Part shown: in pieces, positions 10,856 to 17,931 of the stretch | Position numbering within the stretch: position 1 is the first letter of the stretch | Layout: every line of letters starts with the position of its first letter | Origin: Nostoc sp. DedSLP01 | GTDB taxonomy: Bacteria; Cyanobacteriota; Cyanobacteriia; Cyanobacteriales; Nostocaceae | Assembly: GCA_034530875.2 (NCBI GenBank) | Contig: JAVRCJ020000058.1 | Location: 1 to 34,675 of the forward strand | Length of the DNA stretch: 34,675 nt | Direction: 5' to 3' | The notes under the pieces: generated by a model | What the model was told of the DNA's origin: nothing | What the model saw: only the letters and a program-made list of their open reading frames with translations | Databases searched by the model: none | Translations under genes and position numbers: made by a program

Positions 10856-10864
10856 GAAACTTCT

Positions 10865-10894
10865 TCTTGAAATCAGGTGTTACTGATTTCAAGA
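10865..10894 (-). terminator. Hairpin between convergent adhesin gene 2 and priA (probable priA or bidirectional terminator)
   Basis: Perfect 12-bp inverted repeat TCTTGAAATCAG-gtgtta-CTGATTTCAAGA, 44 nt past the priA stop codon. Confidence 0.6.
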
Positions 10895-10938
10895 TATAAA
10901 AAGCTGATGTACAGAAAGATATTGTGTTTGAGAATTCA

Positions 10939-13686
10939 CTACATAATATTTAATGGGTCTACATCAATAGTTAGGTTAACAAATGAAGGACAAAGCGATC
11001 GCACTTGTTCCCAATCTGGTAATTGCGGCAATTCTTCGACAGCAAATTTAATTAATATTTGCCAACGATAACGATTAGCTACTCGTAAAATTCCCGCTGG
11101 TGCTGGCCCCAATATCTCTAATTCCTCGTTTTCACTTAAAGCTGTAGCGATGATTTGGGCTGTGTTCTGCACTTGAATGGGATCGAGACTACTCAAGCGC
11201 AACAAAATCAACCTTCCATAGGGGGGATAATTAAGGGCTTGGCGCTGTTCTAATTCTGCCTGAGAAAAAGACTGATAATCGTGCGATCGCACTGCTTGAA
11301 TTACTGCATGTTCTGAGGTATAAGTTTGTACGATAACTCTACCCGGATCGTCTCCTCTGCCAGCACGTCCCGCGACTTGAGTCAAGGTTTGAAATGCGCG
11401 TTCGCTGGCGCGATAATCTGATAAATTCAGCAAACCGTCAGCAGCGACGACGCCCACAAGTGTCACCTGCGGTAAATCTAAACCTTTGGTAAGCATTTGG
11501 GTACCTACTAATAAATCTGCTTCGCCATTGGCAAACTGCGTAAGTAAGGTACGGTGTGCGCCTTTGTTGCGGGTGGTATCGCTATCAAACCGAATTAAGC
11601 TTAATTGCGGAAACTGTCGCGCTAGTTCCTGCGTGACTCGCTGAGTACCGCTACCGAAGAATTTCAGGTAAGGGGAACTGCAATCGGGGCAGAATTTGGG
11701 ATGCGATCGCGTATAGTTACAGTAATGACACCGCAATAATTGTGGCGCTCCTTCTTCGGCGTGATGATACGCCAGCGAGACGTCACAGTAGGGACATTCC
11801 AGCACATAGCCGCAACTGCGACAAGATACAAAAGTACTGTGTCCGCGACGATGGATAAATAAAATTCCTTGCTGCTGTCTTTGTTTTAGCTGTTGCAAAG
11901 CTTCTTGCAAGGATCTACTAAATATAGAACGATTTCCCTGCTGCAATTCTTCGCGCATATCCACAATTTCGACTGGCGGTAGCGGGCGGGAGTTGATGCG
12001 TTCGGGGAGGGAGAGGTAATGAGTGGGGAGTGAGGAGTGAGAAGTTAGGAATGAGGAGTGAGGAGTTAGGAATTCTTCCCCTGCTCCCCTGCTCCCCTGC
12101 TCCCCTGCTCCTCTGCTCCTCTGCTCCCTGACACTGAGCCAACTTTCCAACGAAGGGGTAGCGGAACCTAAAACTAGGGGACAGTTTTCTAATTCGGCTC
12201 GCCATTGGGCGACGGTGCGGGCGTGGTAGGTGGGGATCGGTGAGTCTTGTTTGAAGCTGCTGTCGTGTTCTTCATCTAATATTATTAATCCCAAGTTGGG
12301 CAAAGGAGCGAAAATGGCGCTGCGGGTGCCAATGACAACTTGGGGTTCTCCTGCAAGCATTTGTCGCCAGGTGTCGTAACGTTCGCCTTCTGAAAGGGCG
12401 CTATGATAGACGCTGACTTGATTGCCAAAACGGGCGCGAAAACGGTCGGTTAGTTGGGGCGTGAGTCCAATTTCTGGGACTAAAACCAGGGCAGATTTGC
12501 CGATTTGGAGTATAGGGGCGATCGCTTGCAAATATACTTCGGTTTTTCCGGAACCTGTCACGCCATGCAATAAAACTTGAGCAAATCCGTTTAGCGCTTG
12601 GATTGTCGCTAGGGCATTAGCTTGGGCTGCATTTAACGTCTTTGGCTCGTCTTGAGCTAATACTGGGTTTTGTTCTCTTCGCAATACTTCCCTTTCTTCG
12701 ATGACGATGTAACCCTTTTGCGCTAATGTCTTCACAATTGAGGTACTGGCATTGCAAAGTTGCAATAATTCACTTTGCCACAACTCTCCACCTTGGCGTC
12801 GCAGGACTTCCAGAATTTCTCGTTGGCGAGTTGTTAAGTCACGTTCAAATGTACTCGCCACTAAAGTTACTGCTTTTTCAAATTTGGGCTTAGTCAGTTG
12901 GGGCGGTTCTACATAACTTTCTACTAAACCTCGCCGCAACAGTTCCCGGACTCCTTGGTAAGCTCGTTGGACTTGATTTTGTAAATACCGAAAGCTATAA
13001 TCTCCGTCTGGTTGTTGCTGTAGAAGTTGGAGAATTTTATTAGCATCTTTATTGTTGACTTTGGCTACTAAAGTTTGAAAGCTTAATAAAGCTAAAATCT
13101 TAATAAAATAATTATTTTCGATTGTATTAAATAAATAAAATTTAATTAAGCAAGAATAAGCTTGGCGAACAACACCTATCAAAGGCGTATCTAACAAAGC
13201 ATTAATGTTAGTGTTAGGAGATACTGCCGCGCCGGCTACAGTTAAGCGGATGCGACGCTGCGATCGCCCCAATAATCCCGGTGGTAGCGCTGTACGTATC
13301 ACCTGAAGTATATGTGTGTAGTAATACTGCGATACCCGTTCCATGAGATTCCAATATGTATCGCGGAAAAATTTTTTTTGAATAATATCTTCCACATCCC
13401 GAATTTTTTCTAGCGGTAAGTCTGCTGGAGGTTTTGCCACCAATCTAATAGCTATTCCTGTTAGATGCTGTGCTCCAAATGGCACACTCAAAATATCTCC
13501 AGGTTGTACTTCTAACCCGCTTGGCAATCGATATAAATATAGATTTCCACCTTTTTCTGTTTCTGTTACAGATGCCGGACAGTCTACCAGTACTTCAATC
13601 CATCGATTGATGATTGCATCTGACTGATAAGAACTCCCAGGTTCTGCTACCACTAAAGGAGATAAATTTAGACCATTAATATACAT
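10939..13686 (-). CDS. priA: Primosomal protein N' (replication restart helicase PriA)
   Basis: Walker A LLHGVTGSGKTEVY, LVPEIGLTPQ, DEEH box (IILDEEHDSSFKQ), LGSATPS, Cys cluster (CRSCG, CPYC, CHYC, CPDC), VGTQMLTKGLD, QVAGRAGR and YPPY are all PriA signatures. Confidence 0.97.
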   Translation of the reverse strand: MYINGLNLSPLVVAEPGSSYQSDAIINRWIEVLVDCPASVTETEKGGNLYLYRLPSGLEVQPGDILSVPFGAQHLTGIAIRLVAKPPADLPLEKIRDVEDIIQKKFFRDTYWNLMERVSQYYYTHILQVIRTALPPGLLGRSQRRIRLTVAGAAVSPNTNINALLDTPLIGVVRQAYSCLIKFYLFNTIENNYFIKILALLSFQTLVAKVNNKDANKILQLLQQQPDGDYSFRYLQNQVQRAYQGVRELLRRGLVESYVEPPQLTKPKFEKAVTLVASTFERDLTTRQREILEVLRRQGGELWQSELLQLCNASTSIVKTLAQKGYIVIEEREVLRREQNPVLAQDEPKTLNAAQANALATIQALNGFAQVLLHGVTGSGKTEVYLQAIAPILQIGKSALVLVPEIGLTPQLTDRFRARFGNQVSVYHSALSEGERYDTWRQMLAGEPQVVIGTRSAIFAPLPNLGLIILDEEHDSSFKQDSPIPTYHARTVAQWRAELENCPLVLGSATPSLESWLSVREQRSRGAGEQGSRGAGEEFLTPHSSFLTSHSSLPTHYLSLPERINSRPLPPVEIVDMREELQQGNRSIFSRSLQEALQQLKQRQQQGILFIHRRGHSTFVSCRSCGYVLECPYCDVSLAYHHAEEGAPQLLRCHYCNYTRSHPKFCPDCSSPYLKFFGSGTQRVTQELARQFPQLSLIRFDSDTTRNKGAHRTLLTQFANGEADLLVGTQMLTKGLDLPQVTLVGVVAADGLLNLSDYRASERAFQTLTQVAGRAGRGDDPGRVIVQTYTSEHAVIQAVRSHDYQSFSQAELEQRQALNYPPYGRLILLRLSSLDPIQVQNTAQIIATALSENEELEILGPAPAGILRVANRYRWQILIKFAVEELPQLPDWEQVRSLCPSFVNLTIDVDPLNIM
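12021..12128. repeat. Short tandem repeats in frame inside priA (GAGTGAG-type heptamers plus CCCCTGCT octamers)
   Basis: About 7 degenerate heptamers (12021-12071) and about 6 octamers (12078-12128). They encode REQRSRGAGEQGSRGAGEEFLTPHSSFLTSHSSLPTH between the SATPS motif and LPER. Confidence 0.85.
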
Positions 13687-13886
13687 AGTTGCTGAATTAA
13701 AAGTTAAATATTTTACTCATCTATATTGCCAAATTAATCTTATTAGCTCAACTATTTTTAAACATAAATGGTATTTGCCAATACTGTTATTCTTCATAAT
13801 ACTTGATAAGTTTCCTTTTATGTAATCTACTAGACAAATTCGTATCAACTTTACATGCAATAAATATTTGGTGCCCTCTATACAAC

Positions 13887-13997
13887 TAAAAGCATCTCAT
13901 CTATCGCTACAAAAGTTGCTCTATCTACTAAATAGGGAGTAGCCCTTTTCCGCCTCTCGATAGATATTCAACGCTTTATGTATATGAGATGCTTTTA
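13887..13997. mobile_element. MITE-like or structured element in the priA-sigE intergenic region
   Basis: Perfect 14-bp TIR TAAAAGCATCTCAT / ATGAGATGCTTTTA. Inner CTATCG/CGATAG pairing. TATACAA is repeated at 13879-13885 and 13996-14002 (possible target duplication). Confidence 0.6.
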
Positions 13998-14473
13998 TAC
14001 AAATAAGAATATCCCGAAATTAAGCTCCCATCATTGTAAATAGTATTATCAGGGGAACTGGCAATCGGGAAGGCATAACCCCAACACCAGGTTTTGTTTT
14101 TATCTATCCAGTAACTTTCAACACCAAAGCATTAAAAATATTTAGAAAAATATATGAAGATTTAAGAAATCTGAAATTTAGCTGACATTTTTATATTTGT
14201 TAAGTTGAGAAAGTTTGAGGGGGGTTTGACATATTTGGTAATTAAGAAAAAAATGAAGAATATCTCTGTTGTCAGCCTGAGAAACAAGTTTTGTTGGGTG
14301 CGAAGGCCAGTTAAGTAATAGCTTGTATTTAACTGTAACCCATAGTTACTAAATACATGGCATTTTTATTCCCAAAGAAAAATTAGCATCAGCTTGTATT
14401 TGGCTATATAAACGGGTGCATTCGTCCCTTAGGGAAAACTACCAAGCCTCAAACGAGTAGCTGTTACTAAATT

Positions 14474-15646
14474 ATGTACCAAACAAAGCAACAATCCCTA
14501 AAGGAAACTATGAATATTGTTGAATTGGGCAAAATGGAAGTACTGGAGAACACTGCTGATAGTGAAGAACTATTACTTGAGAATTTAGATGCAGTGGTTG
14601 ATGAAGAGTCTCCAATTCTATTAGAAAATCTGGAATCAGAGGAACGAGATGGAGACGAAATGGCGGCGGCTCGTCCTTCAGGATACAACAAGACCGAACA
14701 TGATGATGCTGTCGGCGCATTTTTTAAAGAAATGGCGCGTTATCCGTTGCTAAAACCTGATGAAGAGGTGGAATTAGCGCGGCGAGTTAGGTTTCTCGAA
14801 GAAGTTAGGGAATTACAAGAGGCATTAAAGGTAAAACTGGGACAGGAACCTAGCAAATTAGAAGTGGCTTCTGAGCTAGAAATGACGGAAAAGCAATTAG
14901 AAAGTCGCTTATATCAAGGTAGAGTAGCGAAACGTAAAATGATTCGCTCAAATTTGAGATTAGTAGTTTCTATTGCTAAACGATATCTTAATCGCGGAGT
15001 GCCTTTTCTGGATTTAATTCAGGAGGGAGCAATGGGTTTAAATCGCGCTACAGAAAAGTTCGATCCCGATAAAGGATATAAGTTTTCTACTTATGCGTAT
15101 TGGTGGATTAGACAAGCGATTACTAGAGCGATCGCTAATGATGCGCGAACCATCCGCCTACCGATTCATATTGTTGAAAAACTTAATAAACTCAAAAAAG
15201 CACAACGAGAACTCAAGCAAAAACTCTCTCGAAATCCTTCGGAAGCTGAAATGGCACAAGCGTTGGAAATTAGTGTCCAACAACTACGCCAATTACAACA
15301 ATTACGCCGTCAAGCACTGTCTCTCAACCATCGTGTTGGTAAAGAAGAAGACACAGAATTGATGGATTTATTGGAAGATGAAGATAATCTATCTCCTGAA
15401 GCAAAAATGAACGAAAACATGATGCGTCAGGAAATTTGGGAAGTATTGGGTGACGTGTTAACTCCACGGGAGAAAGACGTAATTTCTCTGCGCTATGGTT
15501 TGACAACTAGCGAACCGTGTACTTTGGAAGAAGTCGGCAATATGTTTAATCTTTCGCGCGAAAGAGTGCGACAAATTCAAAGTAAAGCCATGCGAAAATT
15601 ACGGCGTCCCCACATAGCGAAACGGTTAAAAGGTTGGTTGATCTAA
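14474..15646 (+). CDS. sigE: Group 2 RNA polymerase sigma-70 factor, SigE type
   Basis: Region 2 NLRLVVSIAKRY...DLIQEG...KFDPDKGYKFSTYAYWWIRQAITR and region 4 TLEEVGNMFNLSRERVRQIQ. Region 1.2 DAVGAFFKEMARYPLL matches cyanobacterial SigE as I recall it, whereas SigA/SigC have YLQEIG. Confidence 0.88.
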   Translation: MYQTKQQSLKETMNIVELGKMEVLENTADSEELLLENLDAVVDEESPILLENLESEERDGDEMAAARPSGYNKTEHDDAVGAFFKEMARYPLLKPDEEVELARRVRFLEEVRELQEALKVKLGQEPSKLEVASELEMTEKQLESRLYQGRVAKRKMIRSNLRLVVSIAKRYLNRGVPFLDLIQEGAMGLNRATEKFDPDKGYKFSTYAYWWIRQAITRAIANDARTIRLPIHIVEKLNKLKKAQRELKQKLSRNPSEAEMAQALEISVQQLRQLQQLRRQALSLNHRVGKEEDTELMDLLEDEDNLSPEAKMNENMMRQEIWEVLGDVLTPREKDVISLRYGLTTSEPCTLEEVGNMFNLSRERVRQIQSKAMRKLRRPHIAKRLKGWLI

Positions 15647-15672
15647 AAATTTCACCAGACAATTAAGATTTA

Positions 15673-15730
15673 ATACCAAATGAGGATAAATAGCGCGCTA
15701 AAAGTGTTAGCGAAAATCCTAAATTGGTAT
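15673..15730 (+). terminator. Imperfect long hairpin after sigE
   Basis: ATACCAAATGAGGA ... TCCTAAATTGGTAT with inner CGCTAA/TTAGCG pairing, starting 26 nt after the stop codon. Confidence 0.45.
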
Positions 15731-15850
15731 GAAATCTGACTTAATTAACTCTAATATTGAGTGTGGGCGATCGCCAAGTGCAAAAACTGGGTGTTTTGTA
15801 CCTTTTTTCGGCTTTTGTTTAGTCATTAGTCAATAAAAATTGCACATTTA

Positions 15851-15892
15851 ACTATAGACTATGGACTATCAACTATAGACTATAGACTAATG
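15851..15892 (+). repeat. Heptamer tandem repeat (ACTATAG-like, 6 units) running into the GNAT start codon
   Basis: ACTATAG ACTATGG ACTATCA ACTATAG ACTATAG ACTAATG; the last unit contains the ATG at 15890. Confidence 0.85.
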
Positions 15893-16381
15893 ACTGCAAC
15901 TACCAATTTGATTGTGCGTTTTGCCCAGCCAGATGATTACACCGTACTGTTTAAATTAATTGAAGAGCTTGCTGAGTATGAAAAATTATCTCATGCTGTC
16001 ACCGGCAATGCTCTAGCACTTAAGGAACATTTATTTGGTATCCACAGATATATAGAAGCAATATTAGCAGAATCAGCCGGTCAAGCTGTTGGTTTTGCGT
16101 TATTTTTTCATAATTATTCAACATTTCTGACCAAGCCAGGAATTTATTTAGAAGATTTATTTGTCTTACCAGAATATCGCAGGCAAGGTATTGGTAGAGC
16201 TATCCTGACTAAACTAGCTCAGATAGCCGTAGAACGCAATTGCGGCCGCTTAGAATGGACTGTCTTGGATTGGAATGAATCTGCTCAAGCATTTTACCGG
16301 AGTATGGGAGCTTCTATATTAGATGATTGGCGAATTTGTCGCGTTACAGAAGATGCGCTCAATAAGTTAGGAACCATCTAA
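15890..16381 (+). CDS. GNAT N-acetyltransferase (diamine/spermidine acetyltransferase-like)
   Basis: LAEYEKL, GFALFFHNYSTF, IYLEDLFVLPEYRRQGIG (acetyl-CoA motif A), VLDWNESAQAFY. Confidence 0.92.
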   Translation: MTATTNLIVRFAQPDDYTVLFKLIEELAEYEKLSHAVTGNALALKEHLFGIHRYIEAILAESAGQAVGFALFFHNYSTFLTKPGIYLEDLFVLPEYRRQGIGRAILTKLAQIAVERNCGRLEWTVLDWNESAQAFYRSMGASILDDWRICRVTEDALNKLGTI

Positions 16382-16401
16382 AAATTCAACATAGAACTTC
16401 G

Positions 16402-16439
16402 TTCGCTCTTGATGATGTCAAGCTATTAACAAGAGCGAA
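16402..16439 (+). terminator. Hairpin after the GNAT gene
   Basis: 10-bp perfect arms TTCGCTCTTG / CAAGAGCGAA, extendable with G-U pairs. Confidence 0.5.
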
Positions 16440-16444
16440 TAAAA

Positions 16445-16573
16445 TTAGCTGTTTGCATATCGATTTATGAAACTTTTTTTCAGCGTAAATTTATTGCATC
16501 GACAGTTGAAAAATATCAATTACGATTGATGTTTTACGATGTACAAGAGGAGACTATTCGTCAATGGCTGTAG
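16445..16573 (+). pseudogene. xisH: 5'-truncated XisH-family remnant (C-terminal ~42 codons)
   Basis: My translation is LAVCISIYETFFQRKFIASTVEKYQLRLMFYDVQEETIRQWL*, resembling XisH C-termini (LAV..IY..FF...YQL.L..YD...E.I.QW). Its stop overlaps the xisI ATG as in xisHI pairs. An in-frame TAA lies at 16427 with no start codon before the homologous part. Not in the ORF track. Confidence 0.75.
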
Positions 16574-16902
16574 AACAATATCGGCAATATATCCGGCATC
16601 TTCTTTCGGAACGACAAAAGCGAGCTTCCATGTCAAAAAATGCCGAAGAATATGAAGTGCAAACAATTTTTGACGAACAGCAAGACCACTATCAATTACT
16701 TTATGTAGGTTGGCGTGGAAATAAACGCGATTTTGGCTGTATTTTACATCTTGATATTAAAGATGGGAAAATATGGATTCAACATGATGGTACAGAAGAA
16801 GGAATAGCCAATCGCTTGGTTGAAATGGGAGTTCCCAAACAAGACATTATTTTAGCATTTCACGAACCATACATACGTCAATTTACCGAGTTTGGAACTT
16901 AA
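16564..16902 (+). CDS. xisI: XisI-family protein
   Basis: IFDEQQDHYQLLYVGW...GCILHLDIKDGKIWIQHDGTEEGIANRLVEMGVPKQDIILAFH is the XisI family signature. Confidence 0.93.
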   Translation: MAVEQYRQYIRHLLSERQKRASMSKNAEEYEVQTIFDEQQDHYQLLYVGWRGNKRDFGCILHLDIKDGKIWIQHDGTEEGIANRLVEMGVPKQDIILAFHEPYIRQFTEFGT

Positions 16903-16911
16903 GAAATATGG

Positions 16912-17046
16912 TAAGTAGAAGGCAGGAGGCAGGATAGCGCAGCTAAGCCGTGTCCGCGAGCGTCGGCAGAAGGCAGAAGGTAAAAACCAGTTGACCAGAG
17001 GATTTTAAAGATTGACATTTTACATTTAATTATGTCTACCTACTTA
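16912..17046. mobile_element. Short element bounded by TAAGTAG/CTACTTA inverted ends, with internal heptamers and a GC-rich insert
   Basis: TAAGTAG (16912-16918) and CTACTTA (17040-17046). GGCAGGA/GGCAGAA heptamers are interrupted by TAGCGCAGCTAAGCCGTGTCCGCGAGCGTC. Confidence 0.55.
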
Positions 17047-17125
17047 GAAATAAAAATAAATAATGTGGAGATTAATTAGCAGATTAGCAGTAATCTTCAA
17101 TTAAAAAAATTTAAAGACGAAGTTT

Positions 17126-17167
17126 GACAGCTTGTCTTTTGACTATAGCAGCGACTCAACTGACAAT
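17126..17167 (+). promoter_or_regulatory. petJ promoter: palindromic operator (candidate PetR site) abutting a -35 box
   Basis: GACA-GCT-TGTC (17126-17136), then TTGACT (17139-17144), 17 nt, then GACAAT (17162-17167). A near-identical motif sits at 27857-27874. Assignment to PetR is inference. Confidence 0.6.
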
Positions 17168-17219
17168 AATTGTAGAAGATATTCCAGCGAATCAGCTGTT
17201 ATTGCAGAGAGAACACAAA

Positions 17220-17555
17220 ATGAAAAAAATTATTAAGGTCATGCTGTTAGGCATAGCAATCTTCACTTTTGCCTTCAGTAGTCCAGCCTTAGCCGCAAAT
17301 AGTGTTAGTGGAGCTAAAGTATTTAGTAGTAATTGTGCTTCTTGTCATGCAGGGGGCAAGAACTTAGTGAAAGCTGAGAAAAGTTTGAAGAAGGATGCTT
17401 TGGAAAAGTATGGTTTGTACTCAGCAGAAGCGATTATTGCTCAAGTGACAAATGGTAAAGGTGCGATGCCTGCTTTTGGCAATCGTTTAAAATCCGAGCA
17501 GATTGAGGATGTAGCTGCTTATGTACTTTCACAAGCAGATAAAGATTGGAAGTAG
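17220..17555 (+). CDS. petJ: Cytochrome c6 precursor
   Basis: Signal peptide [11 protein letters not shown]...SPALA, heme motif [16 protein letters not shown], axial Met in GKGAMPAFG. The ATG at 17220 (after AGAGAGA) is preferred over the TTG at 17124. Confidence 0.93.
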   Translation: MKKIIKVMLLGIAIFTFAFSSPALAANSVSGAKVFSSNCASCHAGGKNLVKAEKSLKKDALEKYGLYSAEAIIAQVTNGKGAMPAFGNRLKSEQIEDVAAYVLSQADKDWK

Positions 17556-17667
17556 AAGTGAAGTCACGATCCTTCAGAAATCAGCAGTCAAATAACCTTC
17601 GTATCTAGCTGAAAATCTGAGGTTTTTGGCTTAATGTAGTTGCAAACTGCCGGAAAATTAAGAATTA

Positions 17668-17699
17668 AAAAATAGCGGGGCTTTTGTCCCGCTATTTTT
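17668..17699 (+). terminator. Rho-independent terminator after petJ
   Basis: AAAAATAGCGGG-gcttttgt-CCCGCTATTTTT followed by T-rich sequence. Confidence 0.8.
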
Positions 17700-17931
17700 A
17701 TTGTTGCTGATATTTTTATACTATTTTAAAAGTAGGATAAGTAATACTGAGTTATACAGTGATAGTTATACGTAAAATTCAAATTAAATTTATATTTGAT
17801 TAAGTAAAATTTCTAGTTAATAAATAATTAAGTTTACGATTAAATCCATACTTGTATCTACCAAAACTGATATCAAGGATACGTAAAGGGGAATACTAAG
17901 GCTGAGTCACAATATTATAAGTAACACTGCA

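Noticed and set aside
14335..14349. Canonical NtcA site upstream of sigE
   Set aside because: Spacing is GTA-N9-TAC, not N8; kept only as an unexplained palindrome.
16445..16902. fdxN-type heterocyst excision element
   Set aside because: No XisF-like recombinase and no interrupted gene nearby; xisHI homologues commonly occur alone.
17124..17219. 32-aa N-terminal extension of cytochrome c6 from the TTG start
   Set aside because: It overlaps the promoter motif, and ATG 17220 gives a normal signal peptide.
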